A program made the translations under genes and the position numbers. 64,000 bases of DNA, from assembly GCA_947477565.1 (NCBI GenBank), contig CANJUR010000006.1, forward strand, positions 70,668 to 134,667, read 5' to 3'. This document shows, piece by piece, positions 1 to 8,244 of this stretch (positions within the stretch are counted from its first letter, which is position 1; every line of letters starts with the position of its first letter). The DNA is from Deltaproteobacteria bacterium (lineage in GTDB: Bacteria; Myxococcota_A; Polyangia; Polyangiales; Ga0077539). A model generated the notes under the pieces. The model was not told the DNA's origin. It saw only the letters and a program-made list of their open reading frames with translations, and ran no database searches.

Positions 1-744
1 GGCGACGGCACCTTCCATGACGCGATGAATGCGCTGCTTCGCGCGGACGGTACGGTGATGCCGACCCCGGAGACTGCCTTTGCTTTGGTTCCGGCAGGGA
101 CCGGAAGCGACCTCGCGGTGCGCGGGCTCGGCATCCCGCCGGGGGCGCCGGAACTAGCTCGTTGGCTCGCTGCCGCAACGCCGAAACCTTTCGACCTCGG
201 ACTCCTTGAATTCCTCGACCGACGCGGGGTTCGCGCGAAGATGTTGTTCACCAACATCGCCAGTTGCGGCATCTCCGGGCGCGTTGACGAACTCGTGGGC
301 GCTGGTCCGCGGTGGCTCACGGGCAAAGCGAGCTACCTCGTTGCGACGGGCCGCGCGATCGCGGGGTGGCGTCATCGTCCGATGCGGGTGCGGGTCGATG
401 GCGAGGTCGTCTACGAAGGAAAGGCGATGACCATTGCGGTCTGCAACGGGCGGGCGTTTGGGGGCGGGATGATCATGGCGCCGCACGCCGACTCGTCCGA
501 TGGGCTTTTCGAGGTGATCGGCCTCGGCGACATGGGCCTCGGCGATGTCCTGCAGAACTTCCCAAAGATCTACAAGGGCACGCACCTCGGCGCGCCGAAG
601 GTGATCTCCGCGCAGGGCAAGGTGATCGAGATTGAGAGCACCGACGACGATGTCCCGCTCGACATCGACGGAGAGCCGCCCGGGACGCTGCCTGCGCGTT
701 TTACTGCGCTGCCGGGCGCAGTGCGCGTCCTTCGAGCGCCCTGA
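1..744 (+). CDS. Diacylglycerol/lipid kinase family protein (YegS/BmrU-like), 5' end cut by window edge
   Basis: Frame 1 from nt 1 reads GDGTFHDAMNALL (GDGT motif of the DAGK catalytic domain) and continues into ORF 25..744. C-terminal part reads ...CNGRAFGGGMIMAPHADSSDGLFEV...DIDGEP. Stop TGA at 742-744. Confidence 0.8.
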   Translation, partial: GDGTFHDAMNALLRADGTVMPTPETAFALVPAGTGSDLAVRGLGIPPGAPELARWLAAATPKPFDLGLLEFLDRRGVRAKMLFTNIASCGISGRVDELVGAGPRWLTGKASYLVATGRAIAGWRHRPMRVRVDGEVVYEGKAMTIAVCNGRAFGGGMIMAPHADSSDGLFEVIGLGDMGLGDVLQNFPKIYKGTHLGAPKVISAQGKVIEIESTDDDVPLDIDGEPPGTLPARFTALPGAVRVLRAP

Positions 745-747
745 TCG

Positions 748-1995
748 ATGGCGACCGGTCGGCCCGGCCGTCGGCACCTGAAGATTGGCGAACTAGAGCG
801 GGCGCTCGGGGTGACTCGTGACCAGGTGCACCACTACGTCGAGCTTGGGTTGGTTCTTCCGCCGGAGAAGAGCAGCGCGACGCTCGCCTGGTACGGACCA
901 GAACATCAGGCCGCCATCGTCAGGGTGCGGGCGATTCGTGACGCTGGCGGATCGCTGGCGCAAGCCCAGCGCTGGCTGGTTGGATCGCTCCAACAAGCCG
1001 GGCCGGAGGACTGTGCAACGCTGACCCGCTGGGTGCTCGGTGATCGCTCGGCTTTGTCCACGGATGTCTCGGCTGCGCGTTCTCGCGTTCCCGTCGATGC
1101 GGTGATTGCGATGATCGACGCGGGCCTCGAGGGAGTCCCGCCAGACGCACTGGTCGCCGGGGCGATGGGCGATTCGTCGGCGTGGTTGGACGAGCTTGCT
1201 GTGCGCTGGTGCGAACGCGAGGAGCACGCCCGGTTGGTCATCGCGCGAGAGGCACTTGAAGCGTCTGCGCGCGCTCGGTTGGTAGGGTGGCTGCCGATTG
1301 CTGCGTCTCGGGTGGAGGGCGGCGTGATGCGCGCGTCGGTTCTCGAGGGTGCAGTGCCTAAGGACGATCTGAAGGCGCTCGATGAGCGGGCGCGACTTCG
1401 GGTGATGCTCTCGACAAAGGCGTTGGGACCGCTCGATGGAGGCGGCGGCTGGGCCAGGGTCGCCCGGGCGACGGAATCAATGCGCGCCCGGCGCTGGAAC
1501 GACGCGCACGTCGCCCTGTCAGCAGTGAATGCCGGGGACGTGGGTTCGACTTTGGCGAGGGCGCTCGGCTGGTGTAACGAAGCTCTCTCTGCGGCTCGCG
1601 CTGGGGATGGTGTGTTGCCCATCGTGTCGCGTCTGGGGGCGTTACGGGCGATTGAGGCCGACGCGGTCACAGACCTCCTCGAACGCCTTCGCTTGCGTTG
1701 GACACTCGCCGTCACATGGCTTGCGCTTCCATTGCGTTGGGACGGCGGGCGTCCGCTGTTGGAGTTGACGGCGCTCCTCGCCGAGATCGCGGCGGTACCG
1801 TTGGGAGACCCTCGGCGGGCGACGGGGGAGATCGATGTCCTGGAGGCAAACGCCGGCCTGGCGATGGCAATCGCGCGACTGCGGGTCGGCGATCGCACGG
1901 GCTCCGCGGCGGCAGCGGGTGCGGTCAGTATCTTCGGTGGCGCGGCGGCGCTGGAGGCTGCGCGGTGGGTTCGTCGGGCCTCCCGGGCGATGTGA
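748..1995 (+). CDS. MerR-type HTH domain protein with long Ala/Leu-rich C-terminal region
   Basis: N-terminus LKIGELERALGVTRDQVHHYVELGLV resembles a MerR-family helix-turn-helix. ATG lies 4 nt after the upstream stop. Coding-like composition. No motif recognised in the rest. Confidence 0.6.
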   Translation: MATGRPGRRHLKIGELERALGVTRDQVHHYVELGLVLPPEKSSATLAWYGPEHQAAIVRVRAIRDAGGSLAQAQRWLVGSLQQAGPEDCATLTRWVLGDRSALSTDVSAARSRVPVDAVIAMIDAGLEGVPPDALVAGAMGDSSAWLDELAVRWCEREEHARLVIAREALEASARARLVGWLPIAASRVEGGVMRASVLEGAVPKDDLKALDERARLRVMLSTKALGPLDGGGGWARVARATESMRARRWNDAHVALSAVNAGDVGSTLARALGWCNEALSAARAGDGVLPIVSRLGALRAIEADAVTDLLERLRLRWTLAVTWLALPLRWDGGRPLLELTALLAEIAAVPLGDPRRATGEIDVLEANAGLAMAIARLRVGDRTGSAAAAGAVSIFGGAAALEAARWVRRASRAM

Positions 1996-2008
1996 TATCA
2001 ACCCCACA

Positions 2009-2860
2009 ATGAGCGAATTGACGAAGGTTGCGGTGCTCGGCGCGGGCACCATGGGTCACGGCATCGCACAGGTCTGTGCCGCGGCGGGCTTTACGGTTCA
2101 CGTAAGCGACCCCTCGGACGGGGCGCGGGAAAAGGGCCTCAAGGGCGTGCGTGACTCGCTCGAGCGGATGGTGGCAAAAGCGAAGGTCACGGCAGAGCAC
2201 CGCGACGCCGTGCTGGGGCGAATCGCCTGGAGCGGTGACCTCGGCGCCGCCGTCGAAGGGGCCGATATCGTGATCGAGGCGGTGCCCGAGCGCATCGAGC
2301 TCAAGCGAGAACTCCTCCAGCGTGTCGATGCCCTGGCGCCCACTGAGGCGCTCCTCGGCTCCAACACGTCGTCGCTCTCGATCACTGAGCTAGGCGCTAC
2401 GCTGCGCGACCCGTCTCGGCTGGTCGGGTTGCACTTTTTCAACCCGGTTCCTGTGATGGAACTGCTTGAAATCGTTCGAGGAATCCGGACTTCTGAGGCG
2501 ACCATCGACCGCGCGTTGGCCTTCGCTGCAAAGGTGACGAAGACCCCCATTGTGGTTCGTGACATGCCCGGCTTCGCGACCAGTCGGCTGGGCGTCGCGC
2601 TCGGCGCAGAGGCGATCCGCATGCTGGAGCAGGGGGTGGCAAGCGCCGAGGACATCGATCGCGCGATGGAGCTCGGCTACCGGCACCCGATGGGTCCGCT
2701 GAAGCTCACCGACCTCGTCGGGCTCGATGTGCGGCTGGCGATTCTCGACCACCTGCATCGCGAGGTCGGGGAGCAGTTTCGCGCGCCGCCGCTGCTCCGG
2801 CAGATGGTGCGTGCGGGCAAGCTCGGGAAGAAATCCGGCGAAGGGTTCTACAAGTGGTGA
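2009..2860 (+). CDS. hbd: 3-hydroxybutyryl-CoA / 3-hydroxyacyl-CoA dehydrogenase
   Basis: MSELTKVAVLGAGTMGHGIAQ (Rossmann GxGxxG), SNTSSL, HFFNPVPVMELLEIV, MGPLKLTDLVGLDV, GKKSGEGFYKW. ATG at 2009 chosen; the track ORF from 1835 carries an Arg-rich non-coding-looking extension that overlaps the upstream gene. Confidence 0.9.
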   Translation: MSELTKVAVLGAGTMGHGIAQVCAAAGFTVHVSDPSDGAREKGLKGVRDSLERMVAKAKVTAEHRDAVLGRIAWSGDLGAAVEGADIVIEAVPERIELKRELLQRVDALAPTEALLGSNTSSLSITELGATLRDPSRLVGLHFFNPVPVMELLEIVRGIRTSEATIDRALAFAAKVTKTPIVVRDMPGFATSRLGVALGAEAIRMLEQGVASAEDIDRAMELGYRHPMGPLKLTDLVGLDVRLAILDHLHREVGEQFRAPPLLRQMVRAGKLGKKSGEGFYKW

Positions 2861-2867
2861 GCGTGTC

Positions 2868-4097
2868 TCACGTCGTGTACTCCGCGTTGACCTCGACGTA
2901 GCGGTATCCGAGGTCGCTCGTCATCAGCATCGCCTCTCCATCGCCCTCCGTGAGGCCGATCTCCATCACCAGGTTCTCTGCGCGCATTGCCGCAGATAGG
3001 GCTGCGCGATCGAAGCTCGTCGGGGCTTCGTTCTCGAACACGGTCACGCCCTGCAGCGTGCACCGCAGACCCGCAACGCTGCGCACCGCCTTCGAGTTGC
3101 CCACTTGAGAGACAAATCTGCCCCAGTTTGGGTCGTTGCCGAAGAGGGCCGTGCGCACCAGGGCGCTGTGCGCGATGGTGTCTGCGACGTTGCGAGCCGC
3201 GGCGTGGTCGCGGGCTCCGGTGACCTGGATGGTCGTGACCTTGGTGGCCCCTTCACCATCGCGTGCAATCAGCCATGCGAGGTGACCGGCGACGTCCGTG
3301 ACTTCGCGCTGAAGCCGCTCGAAGGGCACCTCGACACCCGCAGTCGCGAGGAGGAGAAAGGTGTCGTTGGTGCTCGGGTGCGTATCGACATGCACTGCGT
3401 TGAAGCTGCGCGCGGCGATGTGACGGATGGCATCCCGTAGTTGTGCGGGCGTCGCACGGGCGTCCGTGGCCACGAAAGCCAGCATCGTGGCCATGTCCGG
3501 GTGGATCATCCCCGCGCCCTTGCAGACCCCGGCGATCCGAGCACCCGGAAGAGAGAGTCCGTGCTCCTTGGGAAATGCGTCGGTGGTCATGATGGCGCGG
3601 AGAAGGCGTCGGCCGGCTTCCCGCTCGGAAGACAGCGCAAGAAACGCCTCGTCGATGCCTGTGCGCACGCGGTCCATCGGAAGGGCGTGGCCGATGACGC
3701 CGGTGCTGCAGACGAGCACTTCGTCGGCGCGACAGCCCACCGCGGCGGCGACTCGGTCACACATCTCCCGCGCGTTCGCGAGTCCCTGCTCGCCGGTGCA
3801 GGCGTTGGCGTTGCCGCTGTTGACGACCACCGCGCGAACCATTCCGCCATTGGCCTGCAGGTGCTCGCGACTCACGATCACCGGCGCTGCGGGGAAGAGG
3901 TTTTGCGTGAAGATGCCCGCGCAGGCGACCGGTGCGTCGGCGACAAGCAGCGCGACGTCGGGTCGACCGCTGGCCTTGATGCCCGCCGCGACGCCGGCGG
4001 CGCGCAGTGACGAAATCTCCGAGAGGGTCACCGCGGGATCGCGGATCTCAGGGAGTGGGTGATGCAATCGGGCGTCGAGAGAGCGTGCTTCAGTCAT
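2868..4097 (-). CDS. argJ: Bifunctional ornithine acetyltransferase / N-acetylglutamate synthase
   Basis: 409 aa. Has GMIHPDMATMLAFVATDA (ArgJ autoprocessing A|TML site), SGNANACTG, DGEGATK, NDPNWGR. Full-length ArgJ-like sequence. Confidence 0.93.
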   Translation of the reverse strand: MTEARSLDARLHHPLPEIRDPAVTLSEISSLRAAGVAAGIKASGRPDVALLVADAPVACAGIFTQNLFPAAPVIVSREHLQANGGMVRAVVVNSGNANACTGEQGLANAREMCDRVAAAVGCRADEVLVCSTGVIGHALPMDRVRTGIDEAFLALSSEREAGRRLLRAIMTTDAFPKEHGLSLPGARIAGVCKGAGMIHPDMATMLAFVATDARATPAQLRDAIRHIAARSFNAVHVDTHPSTNDTFLLLATAGVEVPFERLQREVTDVAGHLAWLIARDGEGATKVTTIQVTGARDHAAARNVADTIAHSALVRTALFGNDPNWGRFVSQVGNSKAVRSVAGLRCTLQGVTVFENEAPTSFDRAALSAAMRAENLVMEIGLTEGDGEAMLMTSDLGYRYVEVNAEYTT

Positions 4098-4416
4098 CGT
4101 GGGTTACCTCGCGGCGCGGGAGACTCTCACCGCGTGCGCCTCGGTCAAGGAGTGTCGCGCTTCGCCTCGCAGGGGGATCGGAATTGCGGGGAGTGGTTGC
4201 ACCGACATCGGCGCCGCAAATTTGACCTGGGGGTTGTCTGGAGGCCCGGCGGCGTGTACAAACTCGCCTTTCTCTTGAACTGGGCTGTTCGTGTTCCACT
4301 CTGGAATGCGGTTGGTTCGTGAGGCCAGAAGACGGTCTCGCACACTGATTTCGAACGCGAATCCAGCGGTGTAGGCGCTCCAGCGTCGCACCGCTAGAAG
4401 CCGCGCGGAGGAACTG

Positions 4417-5175
4417 ATGCAGCGAACGTCTGGCCTGCCCAAGAGCGTGTTGACTGGCTCCGTGTTCGCGCTCGTTGGGGCGTTGATTTTTGGCGCTTCC
4501 GTCGCGAGTTCCAACGCGCCGTGCCCGGATGGGATGGCCTTTGTCGCCGGCAGCGGATTCTGCGTCGATCGGTACGAGGCCTCCCTGGTGGAGATCCAAC
4601 CGGACGGTCGGGAGGTCCCGCATTCGCCCTACATGAGCCCGGGGCGGGCCGATGTGCGGGCGGTCACGCGCCGCGGGGTTGTTCCGCAAGGGTACATCTC
4701 GCAAGTGGAGGCCACCCGCGCTTGCGCCCGATCTGGAAAGCGGTTGTGCTCGGAGCGTGAGTGGTTCCGCTCGTGTCGCGGACCCAACGGTCGAACCCAG
4801 GGTTACAGCAACCAGCGCGAAGAGGGTCGCTGCAACGAAAACCACCGATGGCATCCCGTGGTCCGACTGTTCCGCGCCACCACCCCGTACCTCTGGGGCA
4901 TGGCGCTTATGAACGACCCGCAGATCAACCAACTCCCAGGCACCGTGTCGCTCACCGGTGCGCATGCGGGCTGCACCAACGAGCATGGCGTCTATGACAT
5001 GGTGGGCAACCTCCATGAGTGGACGGCCACCTCGACGGGCACGTTTCGTGGCGGTTATTTCATGGATACGACGATCAACGGCGAGGGCTGCTGGTATCGC
5101 ACCCTCGGCCACAACACCGCGTATCACGACTACTCCATCGGCTTCCGCTGCTGCGCAACGGCCGGAGAAGAATAG
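4417..5175 (+). CDS. Formylglycine-generating-enzyme (FGE-sulfatase/SUMF1) domain protein with N-terminal signal/anchor
   Basis: Hydrophobic N-terminus VLTGSVFALVGALIFGASVA. Then FCVDRYEAS, VYDMVGNLHEWT, FRGGYF and IGFRCC, typical of FGE-sulfatase domains. Confidence 0.8.
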   Translation: MQRTSGLPKSVLTGSVFALVGALIFGASVASSNAPCPDGMAFVAGSGFCVDRYEASLVEIQPDGREVPHSPYMSPGRADVRAVTRRGVVPQGYISQVEATRACARSGKRLCSEREWFRSCRGPNGRTQGYSNQREEGRCNENHRWHPVVRLFRATTPYLWGMALMNDPQINQLPGTVSLTGAHAGCTNEHGVYDMVGNLHEWTATSTGTFRGGYFMDTTINGEGCWYRTLGHNTAYHDYSIGFRCCATAGEE

Positions 5176-5234
5176 TCCCTCATCGTGTCGTGATCGAGCG
5201 TGAGCCCTGCGCTTGAAGTAGCGTCTCCGCACTC

Positions 5235-7001
5235 ATGATTCGAATGCCCTCCCCTGGATCCCCGCTGCCAGGAGGATTCATCCTCGGCATGTTGAGCCAT
5301 GCCGATCGCATCGGACTGCTCTACGAGGCTTTCCCTTCCGAGCGACAGGGACAGAAGTCGCGCGCGCTGGTTCTCCATCCCCTCCATGTCGATGAACTTC
5401 GGGATTGGTTCGAGCGCTCAGCCGTACTCGGGCGGAGCCTGAAGCACCCCAGTCTCGTAGAGGTGCACGCGCTCGGGTACACCGCCAACCAGCTTCCGGT
5501 CGTGGTCACCGAGTGGACGGACGGACAGACGTTGCGCAGCCGCATAGGGGGCGGCGAGGTGATTCCTGTGATGGAGATCCGTCGCGTGATCGACCAGGTC
5601 GCGGCGGCGCTCGATTACCTCCACGGACGCGGCACGCCGGTGCTGCACCGCGTGATCATGCCCGAGACGGTGCTCATCTCACCGAGGCCCCTACCGGTGA
5701 AGCTCCTCTCGGTGGGACACGCCGACCGGCCGCTGCACCCGGCCTCGAAGCCGAGTTACCTCTCTCCCGAAGAGTTGGACGGACACTCCGAACTCACGCC
5801 TGCAGCGGACATCTTCTCTCTCGCGACGCTGGCCTTCGAGGCCATCACCGGGCGCATCGCGTTTCCAGGCCCCACGGCGGCGGCGGTGTTGAGCGCGATG
5901 CAGCGGCGGCAACTGCCGTACATCGCGCTCGCGCCCCAGGAGGGCCTGCAGCCGCTCGATGACTTTTTACACCGAGCCTGGGCAATGGATCCGTCAAGGC
6001 GAGCCGCGACGGCGGGCGAGTTCGCAATGGAGTTGACCGAGGCGATCAAGCAAGTGCCCGGAGCGCTGCTGGCCTCGCGACGCACCGTGCGCGACGGGGT
6101 GCTCCGCGCCCGCACAATGCCCCCGATTGCGGGAGCGATGGGCCGCCAGGGAGCGATGCGCTCGCAGACTCCCGTTCCGCACACCCCGTGGGCCTCGACG
6201 CGACCGCCACCGATGGTGGTACGGCTGCCTTCCTCGCGGCCGCTTTCATCGCTGCCCGGGCCGGCCGGCAACCCTCCACGAATGAATTCCGGCCCTCCCT
6301 CACAGCAACGTGCAGCGGGGGTGGACTTCCCGGTCGGCAATCGGCGCGCCGATGAGGATGTCCACGACCGGCTGAGCCTAAACAAGCCCGATCGCGATGC
6401 CCGCCCCTGGGCCGACATGCAAGAGATCCTGCCGCTGACCTCGCGGAAGCCGTTGATTTCCGTGTTGGGAACTTCGGATGAGGACGACGCGGAGATCACC
6501 CTTGTGCCAGTCGATATCGACGACCCGGAGGTGCTTGCGCTGCTCTCCGAGGACTTCACCAGCCCAGTGATTCCGCCGCTCGTCCCACGCGTGCCCGTCG
6601 ACCGCAAGGTGCCGCAGTTCGAGGGCGATTTCGCCGATCATCCAGTGCCCATCGCGCCAACCCGGCCGCCGAACCGACTGCCGTCAGCGGCGGGCTCGCC
6701 GGCTCACTCGGGCCTCCCGTCGCCGATGCGCGCACAGACCCAGCCCTCGGGTTTTCCCAGCGCGATGCAGCAACGGGTGCTTACCTCCCTACGTAACGAT
6801 CGACCCCCAGAGTTCGACCCGTCGCCGGTTTCACGGTTCGATCGCCCCGATCTGCGTGTCCGCGACGCGCCCACCGCTTCGGTGCTTCCGTGGCACTCCC
6901 GGGAGCTCAAGGTCACCCCGTGGATCATCGCCGTGGTGCTCTCGTTGAACCTCGTGCTCACGGGTGCGCTCGGGGTCGTGCTGCGACACTTCCTCCTCTG
7001 A
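5235..7001 (+). CDS. Hanks-type Ser/Thr kinase-like pseudokinase, Pro-rich linker, C-terminal TM anchor
   Basis: Kinase-fold markers LKHPSLVEV, LDYLH, YLSPEEL, DIFSLATLAFE. Catalytic motifs substituted: ALVLH (VAIK Lys to His48), HRV for HRD (138-140), IMPET for LKPEN, SVG for DFG (159-161). About 330 aa of P/S/R-rich sequence follows, then WIIAVVLSLNLVLTGALGVVL at the C-terminus. Confidence 0.75.
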   Translation: MIRMPSPGSPLPGGFILGMLSHADRIGLLYEAFPSERQGQKSRALVLHPLHVDELRDWFERSAVLGRSLKHPSLVEVHALGYTANQLPVVVTEWTDGQTLRSRIGGGEVIPVMEIRRVIDQVAAALDYLHGRGTPVLHRVIMPETVLISPRPLPVKLLSVGHADRPLHPASKPSYLSPEELDGHSELTPAADIFSLATLAFEAITGRIAFPGPTAAAVLSAMQRRQLPYIALAPQEGLQPLDDFLHRAWAMDPSRRAATAGEFAMELTEAIKQVPGALLASRRTVRDGVLRARTMPPIAGAMGRQGAMRSQTPVPHTPWASTRPPPMVVRLPSSRPLSSLPGPAGNPPRMNSGPPSQQRAAGVDFPVGNRRADEDVHDRLSLNKPDRDARPWADMQEILPLTSRKPLISVLGTSDEDDAEITLVPVDIDDPEVLALLSEDFTSPVIPPLVPRVPVDRKVPQFEGDFADHPVPIAPTRPPNRLPSAAGSPAHSGLPSPMRAQTQPSGFPSAMQQRVLTSLRNDRPPEFDPSPVSRFDRPDLRVRDAPTASVLPWHSRELKVTPWIIAVVLSLNLVLTGALGVVLRHFLL

Positions 7002-7029
7002 TCGGGGCGATGATAACGTTCCGGGCCTC

Positions 7030-8244
7030 ATGAGCGCTTCTTCTGCCCCCAGAGTCTACATCGTCGATGCCGTCCGCACGCCCATCGGCCGTTACCGTGG
7101 GGGACTCGCCACGGTTCGCTCGGATGACCTCGCCGCCCGGACCATCGCCGCACTGTTGCACCGTGTTCCGGCGGCGCGAGAGGTGATCGACGAGGTGGTT
7201 TTCGGCGCCACAAATCAGGCCGGCGAGGACAACCGCAACGTCGCCCGTATGGCCCTGCTCCTCGCCGGTTTGCCCTACGAAGTGACCGGCGTGACGGTCA
7301 ATCGGCTCTGTGGTTCCGGCCTCGAGGCGATTCAGTACGCGTACCGCGCCATCGCGATGGGCGAACGCTCGGTGATGATCGCCGGCGGAGTCGAGAGCAT
7401 GACCCGCGCGCCGTTCGTGATGGCCAAGGCGACCGAGGCCTTCGACCGGGCCGTACCCGCGATGTTCGACACCTCCCTGGGTTGGCGCTTTACCAACCCG
7501 AAGATGGCCGCTCGATTCCCCCTCGAGTCGATGGGCGAGACCGCCGAAAACGTCGCCGCGCTGCACTCGATCTCCCGTGAAGACCAGGATCGATTCGCCC
7601 TTGGAAGCCATCAGCGGGCCGCTCGCGCCGCGGCCGACGGGGCGTTCGGCGACGAACTGGTGCCCATCGAGATCCCGCAACGGAAGGGACCGCTCGTGAT
7701 CGTCGGCGCAGACGAGTCGGTTCGCTCGGATGCGTCGCTCGAACAACTCGCGAAGCTCTCGCCGGTGTTTCGCAAGGACGGAACCGTCACCGCAGGCAAC
7801 TCGTCGCCGATCAATGACGGCGCATCGGCCGTGCTGGTGGCCTCCGAGGAATTCGTGCAAAAGCATGGACTTACGCCCCTTGGGAGGGTGATCTCCAACG
7901 CCGTCGCGGGCGTCGAACCGGGGCTGATGGGCCTCGGTCCGATCCCTGCGATGACTCAGGCGCTCACCCGCGCGCACCTCTCCGTCGGCGCCCTCGATAC
8001 CGTAGAACTCAACGAGGCCTTCGCGGCACAGGCGCTCGCTTGCATCGCAAGGCTCAACCTCGACCCCGCCATCGTGAACCCCGACGGCGGTGCCATCGCA
8101 CTGGGTCACCCCATTGGCTCTTCCGGGGCGCGGCTCGCGACGACGCTTCTCCATCGAATGCGCCGACAGAGCCTGCGGTATGGCGCAGCCTCCCTCTGCA
8201 TCGGCGTGGGGCAGGGGATCGCCACGATCTTTACCCGCGACTAA
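7030..8244 (+). CDS. Acetyl-CoA C-acetyl/acyltransferase (thiolase II family)
   Basis: VYIVDAVRTPIGRYRG, NRLCGSGLEAI (nucleophilic Cys), NEAFAAQ, GGAIALGHPIGSSGARL, LCIGVGQG. ATG at 7030 preferred over the track start at 6964, which overlaps the end of the upstream gene. Confidence 0.92.
   Translation: MSASSAPRVYIVDAVRTPIGRYRGGLATVRSDDLAARTIAALLHRVPAAREVIDEVVFGATNQAGEDNRNVARMALLLAGLPYEVTGVTVNRLCGSGLEAIQYAYRAIAMGERSVMIAGGVESMTRAPFVMAKATEAFDRAVPAMFDTSLGWRFTNPKMAARFPLESMGETAENVAALHSISREDQDRFALGSHQRAARAAADGAFGDELVPIEIPQRKGPLVIVGADESVRSDASLEQLAKLSPVFRKDGTVTAGNSSPINDGASAVLVASEEFVQKHGLTPLGRVISNAVAGVEPGLMGLGPIPAMTQALTRAHLSVGALDTVELNEAFAAQALACIARLNLDPAIVNPDGGAIALGHPIGSSGARLATTLLHRMRRQSLRYGAASLCIGVGQGIATIFTRD

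Noticed and set aside
906-8154. Other long antisense or off-frame ORFs (for example 906..1898, 4090..5232, 5756..6607, 6958..8154)
   Set aside because: Each overlaps a gene with clear family motifs on the other strand or frame, and each has Ser/Arg/Ala/Pro low-complexity content.
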